A stretch of 64,000 nucleotides of DNA from Nitrospirae bacterium MYbin3 (GTDB lineage: Bacteria > Nitrospirota > Thermodesulfovibrionia > Thermodesulfovibrionales > Dissulfurispiraceae): positions 1 to 64,000 of the forward strand of contig PEAD01000007.1 in the NCBI GenBank assembly GCA_002753335.1, in the 5' to 3' direction. Shown piece after piece: positions 38,077 to 49,510 of this stretch. Within the stretch, counting starts at the first letter, position 1; each line of letters starts with the position of its first letter. The notes under the pieces are model-generated. The model was given only the letters and a program-made list of their open reading frames with translations, searched no databases and had not been told where the DNA came from. Made by a program: the position numbers and the translations under genes.

Positions 38077-40122
38077 ATGGCCTCTTGCAACCGGCGCAGG
38101 TTGCTGTGTGTCTGTTTTGTGCTTTTTTGTTTTTTTGTTTTTAATGCTGCTGAAGCTGGGGCCTATTCTGGCCAGACCGCAAACAGAACAGTCCATATTA
38201 AGGAAGGCGACCGTGAAACCACCGCTAAAGTTTATTACAAAGTAATCTCTGTTCAGGAAGCCGAATCTGTCGGCGACGGAGTTTTCGGGCTGAAACCTGA
38301 CGGCAAGTTTGTAATTGTCCGATTTAAGGCTGTGAATAAAGGTCCGGCTTCGGTTCCTGCGCATATTGTTTCTGATATTTCACTTTCGGACGGAAAAGGA
38401 ACCCTCTGGAAGTCGTCGGCTCGCGCTTCAGGTTTATTGAGGCTGGGGACCGAAGGCTTTGCAATAATTGAGCTTGATAAGGGCAAAGAGATAGAAGATG
38501 TTGCTGTTTTTGACATTCCGGCAAAAGCCAAACAGTATGTGGTCCGTTTCCCTTCAACGGTGAGAAGCACAAAAGAAGAGCTTCTTCATAAGGATGCCTC
38601 GCTAAAGACCAAAGATAAGACTGTGCCTAAAGAGCAGCCGATTGTACAGACAAAACCGGCCAAGCTTTCAATTGCAAAAGAGACAAAATCTGAACAAACA
38701 GAGCAGCCGAAAAAAGAATCCCAATCTGTGAAAAAAACTGAGGCGGCAAAGCCGGTAGAAGAGAAGGTTGAAGACAAAACAGATACTGCCGGGCCGGCCA
38801 AAAAAAGCATTACGCAGCCTGCTAAGAACTGTGATGCCATTGAAGAGAAAATCAAAAAGGCTCAAGAAAAAGAAGATATGCCTAAAAAAGGAAGACTGCA
38901 TTATTATGCTGCCGAATGCTATTTGGCTAACTCCAACTACACAACCGCATTGAGGCATCTGGACGAAACCGAAAATGCAGGGAAAGCGCTCAACAATCCG
39001 GAGCTTGATGTGTTGTCATTTATAGGCAGAGGGCGTGTATCCTTGGCGTCGGGGTATAAGGAAAAAGCGACCGAGATATTCAGGGCGGCTGCCGAAAAAG
39101 CGGAGCGTGAGGTTTTTCAGAGCCTCTGGGCCTCCGATTACACAAAGGCCCTGATTTCGATAAAACTCGCAGGCGTTTACTTTGAGCTTGGCGCAAAAGA
39201 AACAGCCAAAGATAGGATGGAACAGGCGCTGCTTATCAGCACTGATTTTATGCTTGAAGACGAAATTTTTTCTATGCTAAAACTGTATGACCCTAAGCTG
39301 CCCGGAAAGCTTGCCGCGGTAAGCAAAAGCATTGGAAGCGCGTGGGCAGCCTTCGAAAAAGCGGACTATAAAGGCATGGAAAAATTTGCTGCCGAAGCGC
39401 TCGACAAGGCAAAAAAAGCTTCTACCGCAAAAGGGATTTTTGACAGCGAGTATGCCCTTGCAACGGCACTTAGCAAAAAAGGTGATATAGATAATGCTAT
39501 CGGGTATGCCACCCATGCCCAAGTGCTGGCTGATAAAGGCAATGATACTGCGAGGGCGAATCTTATAAACAATCTGCTGGGGAATCTTTTGCGGCAGAAG
39601 AAATCTTATCAGCCCGCGATCGCCGCACTTGCAAAGACGCTCGCCAATGCAAGGGAGACTGGCAATAAGCGGGAAGAAGCTGCAACGCTGACCAAGATCG
39701 GCCAGACGCAGATGGAGATGGGCGAATACCGTGAGGCTTTCGAACATTTCAAGCAGGCGCTTAAGATCAGTCTTGACACAAATGCCTTAAAGCAGACGAT
39801 AGCCGGCGGCTATTTGAATATGGGAAGGTCCTTAAAAAAACTTGAACAGTATGACAAGGCCGAGAAAAGCATGACGATAGCCCTTGATATCTACAAAAAA
39901 ATCGTAAACGAAGAAGGGGAGCTTGCAGCGCTTTTGGAGCTTGCGGATAATAGTGCGCTTCAATCAGATTTTGAAGTTGCAATAAAAATACTGGAGCAAA
40001 ATCTGGGCCGCTATAAAAAATCCGGCCTCAAAAAAAGATTTGACGAAAGCCTTGCGGAGTATGTTTCCAAAGCAAAAGAAAAGACAAAAATCGAGAGATA
40101 CAAAGGAACAAAAACAGAATGA
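38077..40122 (+). CDS. Exported protein: DUF4352-like Ig domain, Lys/Glu-rich linker, TPR repeats
   Basis: Signal-like N-terminus; KFVIVRFKAVNKG..VFDIP; repeats such as EAATLTKIGQ..EAFEHFKQALKI. Confidence 0.75.
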   Translation: MASCNRRRLLCVCFVLFCFFVFNAAEAGAYSGQTANRTVHIKEGDRETTAKVYYKVISVQEAESVGDGVFGLKPDGKFVIVRFKAVNKGPASVPAHIVSDISLSDGKGTLWKSSARASGLLRLGTEGFAIIELDKGKEIEDVAVFDIPAKAKQYVVRFPSTVRSTKEELLHKDASLKTKDKTVPKEQPIVQTKPAKLSIAKETKSEQTEQPKKESQSVKKTEAAKPVEEKVEDKTDTAGPAKKSITQPAKNCDAIEEKIKKAQEKEDMPKKGRLHYYAAECYLANSNYTTALRHLDETENAGKALNNPELDVLSFIGRGRVSLASGYKEKATEIFRAAAEKAEREVFQSLWASDYTKALISIKLAGVYFELGAKETAKDRMEQALLISTDFMLEDEIFSMLKLYDPKLPGKLAAVSKSIGSAWAAFEKADYKGMEKFAAEALDKAKKASTAKGIFDSEYALATALSKKGDIDNAIGYATHAQVLADKGNDTARANLINNLLGNLLRQKKSYQPAIAALAKTLANARETGNKREEAATLTKIGQTQMEMGEYREAFEHFKQALKISLDTNALKQTIAGGYLNMGRSLKKLEQYDKAEKSMTIALDIYKKIVNEEGELAALLELADNSALQSDFEVAIKILEQNLGRYKKSGLKKRFDESLAEYVSKAKEKTKIERYKGTKTE

Positions 40123-40838
40123 CCTCAATGGTCACGAATGACATCAGAGGCGATATATCTCTTGTGCTTAATTTCTATAAGGCATTTGGTTTTGAAAGCC
40201 TGCCACTTGATTCTGCAGACACCGATAAAGAGGCGGCATTGATGGCCTTGCGGCATGAGATAGGCGACTGCAGGCGCTGCAAGCTTTCAAAGGGAAGAAC
40301 CAATCTTGTTTTCGGCGAGGGGAATCCGAATGCGCGTATAATGTTTGTGGGGGAAGCGCCAGGCAGGGAAGAGGACAAGGAAGGACGGCCGTTTGTGGGC
40401 GAAGCAGGTCAGCTTTTGACACGCCTCATAAACAAGATGGGCGAAGACTTGGGATTTGAAAGAAAGGATGTGTATATTGCGAATATAGCGAAATGCAGAC
40501 CGCCCGGCAACAGAGATCCTGAAGCGGACGAGATCGAAACATGCTTGCCTTTTTTAAAAAAGCAGATAGCAATTATATCTCCAGAAATCATAGTCTCCTT
40601 AGGCAAGATTTCGGCGCATACCATGCTGGGCAGAAGCGGGCCTTTCAACAGCTTTTTTATTACGAAAGAGCGCGGCAAGTTCGGTGAATACAGGGACGGT
40701 GAAATCAGCATACCTGTTATGCCGACTTTCCATCCAGCATATCTTCTGCGAACCCCTTCCGATAAGGTAAAGACATGGAGCGATGCGCAGGCTGTGCTAA
40801 AACTGCTGAAGCACCCTGCTATGAGAGGCATGATCTGA
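40119..40838 (+). CDS. Uracil-DNA glycosylase, family 4
   Basis: [28 protein letters not shown]. Confidence 0.92.
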   Translation: MTSMVTNDIRGDISLVLNFYKAFGFESLPLDSADTDKEAALMALRHEIGDCRRCKLSKGRTNLVFGEGNPNARIMFVGEAPGREEDKEGRPFVGEAGQLLTRLINKMGEDLGFERKDVYIANIAKCRPPGNRDPEADEIETCLPFLKKQIAIISPEIIVSLGKISAHTMLGRSGPFNSFFITKERGKFGEYRDGEISIPVMPTFHPAYLLRTPSDKVKTWSDAQAVLKLLKHPAMRGMI

Positions 40839-40839
40839 T

Positions 40840-41316
40840 ATGAAAAACCTGTGGGCTCCATGGAGAATGGAATATATACTTTCCGAAAAAGAACCATACT
40901 GTATTTTCTGCGTAAAGCCTTCCGAAAAAAACGACAGGGATAACCTTATTCTGTTCCGAGGAAAAGAAGCTTTTATCATTATGAACAAATATCCATACAA
41001 CAACGGGCATCTTATGGTGGTGCCTTATTTTCACACATCCGGACTGGAAGATATCAAAGAAAGCACACTTTCAGAAATGATGATGCTTACGCGGTATTCT
41101 ACGGCCTGCCTTAAAAAGGCGTTCAATCCCGAAGGGTTTAATGTTGGCATAAATATAGGCGGGGTGGCCGGCGCAGGCATTAAAGAACATATACACATTC
41201 ATGTTGTGCCGAGATGGGCGGGCGATTCCAATTTTATGGCTGTAACCGGAGAACTGCGCGTAATACCCGAGCATCTGCTGGAGACCTATGACAAACTGGT
41301 GAGATTTTTTAATTGA
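40840..41316 (+). CDS. HIT-family nucleotide hydrolase
   Basis: LWAPWR, CIFC, NKYPYNNGH, HIHIHVVPRW. Confidence 0.92.
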   Translation: MKNLWAPWRMEYILSEKEPYCIFCVKPSEKNDRDNLILFRGKEAFIIMNKYPYNNGHLMVVPYFHTSGLEDIKESTLSEMMMLTRYSTACLKKAFNPEGFNVGINIGGVAGAGIKEHIHIHVVPRWAGDSNFMAVTGELRVIPEHLLETYDKLVRFFN

Positions 41317-41340
41317 CAGCTTTGTAAATGGTATAATTGC

Positions 41341-41823
41341 ATGATGGAACTTCACCGTGAAATACGTGCCCTCTATATAAAAACATCTGCCGAAGGCTCA
41401 CCTGCAACCCAGGAAACGGTAGACGGCCTCTGGCGCTTGGCAGCCGAAATTCCGCTTGTTGCGATTGATATGGGCGACAGCGGCGACATTGTTCTGCATT
41501 GCGCTTTTGAATTCAGCCTCGATAGCTGGAACACTTCGATGCGGGCTCTGCGTACGGCCATGTCGCTGCTTCGTACGAAAACCGGATATCTTGCTGTCCG
41601 CAAAGTTCTGGGCTCCGAAGATGCGCTTAAAACCGATCTCGAATGGTACAAAGTTACAAAGAGAGGCATTTACAATGTCGATCTTTCTGATCCTGCCGAT
41701 ATAATCGAAGACCTGGTAAGATATTCGGGCAACAACAAGAGGCACCAGCAGATAGGCGCTCTCGAAAAGCTTTTCCGATTTATTCAGAGGCAGGAAGACG
41801 GCGACAAAACAGCCGGTGACTAA
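41341..41823 (+). CDS. Hypothetical protein
   Basis: 160-aa ORF preceded by TGnTATAAT; 8-nt overlap with the radical SAM gene; start 41341 or 41344. Confidence 0.7.
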   Translation: MMELHREIRALYIKTSAEGSPATQETVDGLWRLAAEIPLVAIDMGDSGDIVLHCAFEFSLDSWNTSMRALRTAMSLLRTKTGYLAVRKVLGSEDALKTDLEWYKVTKRGIYNVDLSDPADIIEDLVRYSGNNKRHQQIGALEKLFRFIQRQEDGDKTAGD

Positions 41824-42910
41824 AAAGCTGTACGGCAATCTACCAATCCCTCTAAAACGGGTTCATATCGAACTTACCAATGTTTGTGATTTCAACTGCG
41901 TATTCTGTCCGAAATCCGAGATGAAGCGCAGCTATGGATACATGGACACAGCACTTGCAAAATCCCTGATCACCGAACTTTCCGAAAACAAGGTCTGCGA
42001 AAAAATAACCTTCCATGTTATGGGTGAGCCCACGCTGCACAAAGACTTTTTCGAAATTTTGGAGCATGCAGATCATGCCGGTATGAGTGTAGGCTTGACA
42101 ACCAACGGCAGCGGTTTAGGCACAGGAAAAGGGAAGAAACTTTTGTTTCACAGGCTGCATCAGATCGATGTTTCGTTCCAAACTCCGGATGCAAAGTCAT
42201 TTGTTTTGAGAAAAGCGGGCGGCATAAATTTCGATAATTATTTAAAAGGCGTGTTCGATTTTTTTGCAGAATATCACAAAAAATATCCGGAAACAATATT
42301 CAAGTTTCGCTTCCTGAATACACGGTTTTCGAAAAAAAGCCTCGAAAAAAGAAAAGGCGCGATTAATGTCATCTCCTCCACACGTGAACTGCGTAATATT
42401 TTTCAGGACTGGGCAGGCCGTGTTTATGATATCATCGGCGCGGACGAGGCTCTTCGTACTAAGGCCATGAAGGCTTTGAACAAGCTGACCGCCTACAAAT
42501 GGAATGTCATAGAAATCTGCCCCAATGTTTTTTTTGAAACATACATTCTTGAGGATTGGGGACATGCATTTGATGACCGTCCTGTGAGGGATGCCTGGGC
42601 AGGCTACTGTTTTGGCATGCGCGACCATTTTGCTGTGCTGCACAACGGCGATGTTGCGCTCTGCTGCATAGATTATGACGGGAACACAGCAATCGGCAAC
42701 CTTCACAAAGAATCTCTGAAAGATATTCTATCTTCCGAAAAAGCGAAAAATATTATCGATGGCTTCAAAAAATTCAGGCTGGAACACCCCTACTGCAAAA
42801 AGTGCTTGGGCAGCAGCTCATTGGCAGAGTGGCTTTTCAAGCCTGTTGCCTCGGTTGTGGCGCTTAAGACACTTAAGCCTTTTTTTTACAATAAGACAAA
42901 AGTTTTTTAG
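41816..42910 (+). CDS. Radical SAM protein with SPASM/twitch-like C-terminal domain
   Basis: ELTNVCDFNCVFC, MGEPTLH, TTNG; C..NGDVALCC..IGNL..CKKC. Confidence 0.9.
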   Translation: MTKKLYGNLPIPLKRVHIELTNVCDFNCVFCPKSEMKRSYGYMDTALAKSLITELSENKVCEKITFHVMGEPTLHKDFFEILEHADHAGMSVGLTTNGSGLGTGKGKKLLFHRLHQIDVSFQTPDAKSFVLRKAGGINFDNYLKGVFDFFAEYHKKYPETIFKFRFLNTRFSKKSLEKRKGAINVISSTRELRNIFQDWAGRVYDIIGADEALRTKAMKALNKLTAYKWNVIEICPNVFFETYILEDWGHAFDDRPVRDAWAGYCFGMRDHFAVLHNGDVALCCIDYDGNTAIGNLHKESLKDILSSEKAKNIIDGFKKFRLEHPYCKKCLGSSSLAEWLFKPVASVVALKTLKPFFYNKTKVF

Positions 42911-42977
42911 CCCAGCTCCAAGATCTATTAAGCTTCTTCTGAGTTTTTGTCATTGAGCTGTGCTAAAATTATCTCTT

Positions 42978-44609
42978 ATGAAATGCGCTGAGCTGCTTGT
43001 AAAATGCCTTGAAAATGAAGATGTTTCATTTGCCTTTGGACTGCCGGGCGAAGAGAACCTCGAGCTGCTCAGGGCGCTTGCTCAATCCGAAAAAATAAAA
43101 ACAATAATTGCGAGAGACGAACGCAGCGCAGCTTTTATGGCAAACGCTTTTGGCAGGCTTACCGGCAGGCCGGGCGTCTGTTTTTCAACATTAGGCCCCG
43201 GCGCCACAAATCTTGTTACCGGCATTGCTGATGCCCTTCTCGATTTCGCTCCTGCTTTGGCTATTACGGCTCAGGCATCATCCGCCAGAAGACACAAAGA
43301 GTCGCACCAATATGTGGACCTGCTTTCGATGTTCAAGCCTATAACAAAATGGAACTGCCGCATAGAAGCTCCTGCTACAGCTAACGAAATTGTGAGAAAG
43401 GCTTTCAGACTTGCGGTGCAGGAAAAGCAGGGGCCTGTTCACATAGAGCTTCCTGAAGACATTGCTGATATGCCTGCCGAAAGCAGCCCGATCGCAGCTT
43501 CTTATCCGGAGCATACAGTTCCTGATGAAAAGGCGTTTCATAAAGCGGCTGCAATGATAAAGGATGCAGATCTGCCGGTCATACTCGCAGGGCACGGGGT
43601 CATAAGAGGAAAAGCCACGGACGAGCTTATCAAATTTGCCAGAAAAACAGGAATAGCGGTCATTAACACCTTTATGGGCATGGGCGCTATTCCTGCAGAC
43701 GACGAACTTTTTATATCGACAATAGGGCTTCAGGCGAGGGATTATATTCAATGCGGACTTGATAGGGCGGACCTCATAATAGCGATAGGTTACGATCCTG
43801 TAGAGTTCAGCCCAAAATGGTGGGATGGAAACAAAAAGATAATTCATATTGACGCCACCCCGGCAGAAGTGGACCAAAACTACAACGCCTTTGAACTGAT
43901 AGGTGACTTGAGCTATGTTTTAAAAATGCTTACAGATGCTTTGGCCGCTCAAAAAGATTCCGGATATTTTTTAAAACTGAAAAAAGAGATCGAAAATAAT
44001 ATGTCCGACAGTGCTTTTTTGTCCGAAAGCGGCAGCATTACCCCTTTGCAGATAGTCAATGATATGAGGAAGGCACTTGGCAGGAGTGATATTCTGATAA
44101 GCGATGTGGGGGCGCACAAGATATGGATCGGAAGATTTTATCCGGCGTATAAGCCCAATACCGTTATTATTTCGAACGGTTTTGCATCTATGGGATTCGC
44201 CATACCCGCTGCAATAGCGGCTAAACTGCAGCATCCGGAAAAGAAAATTATAGCCGCAGTCGGTGACGGCGGCTTTATGATGTCGATGGCCGAACTTGAA
44301 ACTGCCGTAAGATACAAACTTCCGTTCGTCACCGTTATTTTCAATGACAATGGATACGGGCTGATAAAATGGAAGCAGCAGGCCAGATACAACAAGAATT
44401 TTTTTGTTGATCTGGGGAACCCAGATTTTGTGAAGCTCGCAGAATCATTTGGATGCAAGGCTTACAGGGCGGAGCATTCCTCCGAACTTTTTCCTGCCAT
44501 TACAGATGCGCTTAGGCAAACTGTGCCCTCGGTTATCGACTGCAGGGTTGATTATTCAACAAATATGAAGCTTACCGAAAAACTTGGACAAATAGTATGC
44601 AAGATATAA
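42978..44609 (+). CDS. Acetolactate synthase large subunit-like TPP enzyme
   Basis: FGLPGEEN, GPGATN, SNGFASMGF, GDGGFMM..ND TPP motif. Confidence 0.9.
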   Translation: MKCAELLVKCLENEDVSFAFGLPGEENLELLRALAQSEKIKTIIARDERSAAFMANAFGRLTGRPGVCFSTLGPGATNLVTGIADALLDFAPALAITAQASSARRHKESHQYVDLLSMFKPITKWNCRIEAPATANEIVRKAFRLAVQEKQGPVHIELPEDIADMPAESSPIAASYPEHTVPDEKAFHKAAAMIKDADLPVILAGHGVIRGKATDELIKFARKTGIAVINTFMGMGAIPADDELFISTIGLQARDYIQCGLDRADLIIAIGYDPVEFSPKWWDGNKKIIHIDATPAEVDQNYNAFELIGDLSYVLKMLTDALAAQKDSGYFLKLKKEIENNMSDSAFLSESGSITPLQIVNDMRKALGRSDILISDVGAHKIWIGRFYPAYKPNTVIISNGFASMGFAIPAAIAAKLQHPEKKIIAAVGDGGFMMSMAELETAVRYKLPFVTVIFNDNGYGLIKWKQQARYNKNFFVDLGNPDFVKLAESFGCKAYRAEHSSELFPAITDALRQTVPSVIDCRVDYSTNMKLTEKLGQIVCKI

Positions 44610-46153
44610 CAACCGATTTTCTGGTCATCGGAAGCGGAGTGGCAGGGCTTCGGGCTGCAATAGAGCTTGCGGGCAAAGGAAATGTGCTGGTGGTAACGAA
44701 AGACATTCCCACCGAGAGCAGCACCGAATATGCCCAAGGCGGGGTGGCGGTAGCTTTGAGTGATGAGGATGAGGTTGGAATACATTTTGAGGATACGATC
44801 CGGGCAGGCGACGGTCTTTGCCGTGAAGATGCAGTAAAGGTGCTTGTTGAAGAAGGCCCCGAGAGGATACGTGAGCTTATAGAGTGGGGCGCCGAATTTG
44901 ACAGGGAAGGAACAAAGCTCGCGTTTACGCTTGAAGCAGCGCATTCAAGAAGAAGGGTTCTTCATGCAAATGGAGATTCTACAGGCAAAGAACTTGAGAG
45001 GTCGCTTCTTAGCAAAGTGATTTCTATCAATACTATAAGCAGGCTTCCATTTTCGATTGCGGCAGATTTGCTTGTGAAAGACGGCAGATGCTATGGGGCT
45101 TACATTCTTAAAGACGCTAAGATGTGCAGGGTTTTTGCAAGGGCTACGGTTTTAGCCACAGGCGGAGCAGGACAGGCTTTTTCGAGGACAACCAATCCGG
45201 CGGTTGCTACGGGAGACGGAATGGCAATTGCGTACAGGGCAGGAGCAGTTCTTGAAGATATGGAGTTTGTCCAGTTTCATCCCACCGCGCTTTATGCGCC
45301 CTCTGCGCCGCAGTTTCTTTTGACAGAAGCGATGAGGGGCGAAGGGGCTGTCCTAAAAAATATCGCAAACAAACCGTTTATGTCCTGTTATCACCAGCAG
45401 GCCGAACTTGCGCCGCGAGATGTGGTGTCGCGGGCTATAATTTCTGAAATGGTCAGCACAAAGAGCAATAATGTGTATCTTGACCTTACACATAAGGACA
45501 GTGGGTTTATAAAACACAGGTTTCCAAGGATTTACTCTACCTGTCTTCGCTACGATGTTGATATAACGCGTGACATGATACCTGTATCTCCCGCAGCGCA
45601 TTACATAATGGGCGGTGTAAAAACAGACCTTGATGGAGCGACAAATATAAAGGGCCTTTATGCAGCAGGCGAGGTTGCATGCACGGGTGTTCATGGTGCG
45701 AACAGACTGGCAAGCAACAGTCTTCTCGAAGGTCTTGTTTATGGGTTTCGGGCTGGACGTTCAGCAGCATCCGAAACAGGCAGAGAATTGCCGGATGGAA
45801 GATATTTTGGGAAAGGCGCGATATTTGAAAATGGAAAAGACGATGTAGCCAATATAGAAGAGGTGAGAACTTTTGTCAGGCGTATTATGTGGGACCGGGT
45901 CGGCATTATACGGTGCGGAGTTTCTCTATCAGAAGCTTGGGACAAATTTTCGGAAATAAAACCTCTGCTTGATTCAACTTTTATGACGCGCCGCGGGCTT
46001 GAACTCAGGAATATGCTTACGGTATCTCTTCTGATAACCAAAGCGGCCTTAAACCGTAAAGGAAGCATAGGTGGACATTACAGATCTGATTTTACGGACA
46101 GGGGCAGCGAATGGCATCGCCGCATAACCCTTTCAAATCAGGATGGCCTGTAA
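44597..46153 (+). CDS. nadB: L-aspartate oxidase
   Basis: GSGVAG, AQGG, EAAHSRRR, QFHPT, EAMRGEG, LAPRD, HGANRLASNSLLE. Confidence 0.95.
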   Translation: MQDITTDFLVIGSGVAGLRAAIELAGKGNVLVVTKDIPTESSTEYAQGGVAVALSDEDEVGIHFEDTIRAGDGLCREDAVKVLVEEGPERIRELIEWGAEFDREGTKLAFTLEAAHSRRRVLHANGDSTGKELERSLLSKVISINTISRLPFSIAADLLVKDGRCYGAYILKDAKMCRVFARATVLATGGAGQAFSRTTNPAVATGDGMAIAYRAGAVLEDMEFVQFHPTALYAPSAPQFLLTEAMRGEGAVLKNIANKPFMSCYHQQAELAPRDVVSRAIISEMVSTKSNNVYLDLTHKDSGFIKHRFPRIYSTCLRYDVDITRDMIPVSPAAHYIMGGVKTDLDGATNIKGLYAAGEVACTGVHGANRLASNSLLEGLVYGFRAGRSAASETGRELPDGRYFGKGAIFENGKDDVANIEEVRTFVRRIMWDRVGIIRCGVSLSEAWDKFSEIKPLLDSTFMTRRGLELRNMLTVSLLITKAALNRKGSIGGHYRSDFTDRGSEWHRRITLSNQDGL

Positions 46154-46195
46154 AACCTGATTGTATAGACCTGCACTAATCGTTTAAACTGAAAT

Positions 46196-46924
46196 ATGCG
46201 AAATAAAACTGGTCTAAATTTAATTTTCTCTTTTGCAGGGTTGTTTTTGCTTGCATTGTTTGCGGGCTGTGCCAGTGTGGGCGTAGAAGAAGAAAAAGAA
46301 GCCGAGTTTCATCTAAAAATGGGCAGCTCTTCGCTCAACGAAGGCAATATACAGGGTGCGTTTGTGGAGCTGCAGAAATCTCTTCAGCTGAATCCTAACA
46401 ACAAAGAGACGCTCAATACTCTCGGTCTTGTATATATGCATCTGGACGATTACAATAAAGCGAAGGATTTGCTTTTAAGAGCAATAAGCCTTGATGCCGA
46501 ATTCTCCGAAGCGCACAACAATTTAGGGCTTGCCTACGCAAAAAGCCAAGAATGGCAGAATGCTATAGAGTCCTATAAGAAAGCGCTTTTAAATCCCTTG
46601 TTTCAGACCCCCGAGAAGACCTTTTGCAATTTAGGTTCTGCATATTACAGAGCCGGGCAATATGACCTTGCAGCAAACGCATTTAAGGATGCGCTAAGAA
46701 GAAACCAGCAGTTTGTACAGGCATATTACGGACTTGCCCTTTATTACAACAAGGTTTCAAGATACGGAGACGCAGCCGATGCTATAAAACGCGGTTTGCA
46801 GATGGATCCCGAATATGCGGGCAATGCCAAAAAGTATGCGGAAGACTCAAGGAGAAGACTGCTCTCGGCCAAAGGGGAAGAGGAGCAGGAAATTAAAGAT
46901 CTACTCGAAATACTTAACTACTAA
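46196..46924 (+). CDS. TPR lipoprotein (PilF/PilW-like)
   Basis: Lipobox LFAGC; TPRs (EAHNNLG, NLGSAY); KALLNPLFQTPE. Confidence 0.8.
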   Translation: MRNKTGLNLIFSFAGLFLLALFAGCASVGVEEEKEAEFHLKMGSSSLNEGNIQGAFVELQKSLQLNPNNKETLNTLGLVYMHLDDYNKAKDLLLRAISLDAEFSEAHNNLGLAYAKSQEWQNAIESYKKALLNPLFQTPEKTFCNLGSAYYRAGQYDLAANAFKDALRRNQQFVQAYYGLALYYNKVSRYGDAADAIKRGLQMDPEYAGNAKKYAEDSRRRLLSAKGEEEQEIKDLLEILNY

Positions 46925-46932
46925 TTTCCTTT

Positions 46933-46974
46933 TATAAGAAAAGCCCCTCGATTGTTGAGGGGCTTTTCTTATAT
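46933..46974. terminator. Bidirectional intrinsic terminator between the TPR gene and glnA
   Basis: TATAAGAAAAGCCCCTC-N7-GAGGGGCTTTTCTTATA. Confidence 0.85.
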
Positions 46975-46992
46975 CTTAATTCAAACCGCTTT

Positions 46993-48405
46993 TTAAATAT
47001 CGTAGTAGAGGAAGAACTCGTACGGATGCGGCCTAAGCCTGAGCTGGTCAACTTCTTTTGTCCTCTTATAGCTTATCCATGTGTCGATAACATCCTCGGT
47101 GAATACATTGCCTTTAAGCAAGAAGTCATGGTCTTCTTCGAGATTATTAAGAGCCTCGTCAAGGCTGCCGGGCATGGTCGGAACCGTTGCAAGTTCCTCA
47201 GGCCCAAGTTCGTAAATATCCTTGTCGAGAGGTTCGCCGGGATGTATCTTATTTTCTATTCCATCGAGTCCAGCCATAAGCATCGCGGTGAACGCAAGGT
47301 AAGTGTTGCAGGACGGATCAGGGAATCTGACCTCAACCCTCTTTGCCTTCGGGCTCGCTGAGTAGGTCGGAATTCTGATAGAAGCCGAACGGTTTCTTGC
47401 GGAATAAGCAAGATTGACCGGCGCTTCAAATCCGGGGGTCAGCCTCTTGTAAGAATTGGTGGTCGGGTTGGTTATTGCGGCAAGAGCCTTTGCGTGCTTC
47501 AAAACACCGCCGATGTAGTAAAGGGCCATATCACTCAAGCCTGCGTATCCGTTGCCTGCAAAGAGAGGCTTGTCTTTTTTCCAGATGCTCTGATGGACAT
47601 GCATGCCGGAGCCATTGTCGCCGAAAAGCGGCTTGGGCATAAAGGTGACTGTTTTACCGTGCCTTCTCGCAACATTTTTGATGATGTATTTGAAGAGCAT
47701 GTTCTTGTCAGCCATCCTGACAAGAGAATCAAATCTCATGTCAATTTCTGCCTGCCCGGCTGTTGCTACCTCGTGATGCTCTCTTTCAACATAGATGCCG
47801 CATTTCTGCATTTCCATGCACATCTCTGTTCTGAGATTCACCTGACTGTCTGTTGGAGGAACAGGGAAATAGCCCTCCTTGTGTCTTGGTTTGTAGCCCA
47901 AGTTAGGATTCTCTTCACGGCCTGAATTCCAGATGCCTTCTGTTGATTCGATGAAGTAGTATCCGCTGTGGGAGTTTTGATCAAACCTTATGCCGTCAAA
48001 GATGAAAAATTCGGCTTCAGGGCCGAAGTATGCGGTATCGCCGATGCCGGTTGACTGGAGATATTTTTCTCCCTTCTGGGCTATAAAACGAGGATCTCTT
48101 GTGTAGTATTCCTTTGTTATAGGGTCAACGACATTACAGATAAGGCTTATAGTTGGATACTCCATGAAAGGATCCATGAAGGCTGTGGACGGGTCGGGCA
48201 TTATAAGCATGTCCGAGGTGTGGATAGCCTGCCATCCCCTTATCGAAGAGCCGTCAAACCCAAGACCCTCCTCAAAAACCTCTTCCTTAAGCTCCGCTAT
48301 CGGAACCGCAAAATGTTGCCAGATTCCAGGGAAATCGAGGAACTTGAAGTTTGCCATTACGGCCTTGTTCTCTTGTGCCATCTTGATTACATCTTTTGGT
48401 GTCAT
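46993..48405 (-). CDS. glnA: Glutamine synthetase type I
   Basis: FDGSSI, HHEVA..GQ, FMPKP..DNGSGMH, YKRL.PGFEAP, NRSA, DIYEL adenylylation-type Tyr. Confidence 0.97.
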   Translation of the reverse strand: MTPKDVIKMAQENKAVMANFKFLDFPGIWQHFAVPIAELKEEVFEEGLGFDGSSIRGWQAIHTSDMLIMPDPSTAFMDPFMEYPTISLICNVVDPITKEYYTRDPRFIAQKGEKYLQSTGIGDTAYFGPEAEFFIFDGIRFDQNSHSGYYFIESTEGIWNSGREENPNLGYKPRHKEGYFPVPPTDSQVNLRTEMCMEMQKCGIYVEREHHEVATAGQAEIDMRFDSLVRMADKNMLFKYIIKNVARRHGKTVTFMPKPLFGDNGSGMHVHQSIWKKDKPLFAGNGYAGLSDMALYYIGGVLKHAKALAAITNPTTNSYKRLTPGFEAPVNLAYSARNRSASIRIPTYSASPKAKRVEVRFPDPSCNTYLAFTAMLMAGLDGIENKIHPGEPLDKDIYELGPEELATVPTMPGSLDEALNNLEEDHDFLLKGNVFTEDVIDTWISYKRTKEVDQLRLRPHPYEFFLYYDI

Positions 48406-48443
48406 TAAATCTCCTCCTTAGTTTTATGTTGCGCTATATTTTT

Positions 48444-48785
<342 letters not shown>

Positions 48786-48793
48786 TCACCTCC

Positions 48794-49480
48794 TCAGACA
48801 AAAAAGTTTTCATAAAAACCATATGCTCTTTTTGAATAAACTTTATACTCAGCTTCGGTGTCACTCTTAATTTTTTCAAAATCAACATTCTCGTTTTTCA
48901 GCCATTCAAAGACCATCTCTTTTCGCACTTCTATATGGAACTGAAACGCATAAGCATTTTTGCCTTGCCTGAAGGACTGATTCGGGAAAAGCTCCGACCC
49001 CGCCAGTCTTACAGCTCCTTCGGGGATAGTGAACGTCTCGCCATGCCAGTGGAAAACCTTGAATTTTTTTGAGAGTTTCCCGGCATTATATGCAAGGCCC
49101 TGCATTATGGGATCAACCAAAGCAGAATCTGCAAGCTCTATGTCATACCAGCCTATCTCTTTTTCGGCTCCGGCGTACACTTTCGCGCCGAGAGCTTTTG
49201 CTATAAGCTGCGCGCCCAAGCAAACGCCGAATATTTTTTTGTCATTTGCTATAAACTCACGGACTAACTCTTCTTGTTTTTTAATGTAGGGGTAGATATT
49301 GCCCTCATTAACGCTCATCGGGCCGCCCATCATCACAAGCGCATCGAAATTTTTTGTGTCCGGTATTTTTTCGCTTGCCGAAAGATCAACGATTTTATAG
49401 GGCTTTTTTGTTTTCTTGAGAAAATCCTCAATTGTGCCCGGTCCCTCGGCGCTTATGTTTTTGCATATTAAAACATTCAT
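48794..49480 (-). CDS. Class I glutamine amidotransferase-like protein
   Basis: MGGPMS, GVCLGAQ, WHGE, QFHIE. Confidence 0.88.
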   Translation of the reverse strand: MNVLICKNISAEGPGTIEDFLKKTKKPYKIVDLSASEKIPDTKNFDALVMMGGPMSVNEGNIYPYIKKQEELVREFIANDKKIFGVCLGAQLIAKALGAKVYAGAEKEIGWYDIELADSALVDPIMQGLAYNAGKLSKKFKVFHWHGETFTIPEGAVRLAGSELFPNQSFRQGKNAYAFQFHIEVRKEMVFEWLKNENVDFEKIKSDTEAEYKVYSKRAYGFYENFFV

Positions 49481-49494
49481 GATTGAGCTAACTT

Positions 49495-49510
49495 TGCAAT
49501 AGTTGTACCA
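49495..49510 (-). promoter_or_regulatory. Sigma54 promoter of GATase-glnB-glnA
   Basis: Minus strand TGGTACAACTATTGCA; GCCT-N7-AGGC pair at 49564-49578 and 49586-49600. Confidence 0.78.
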
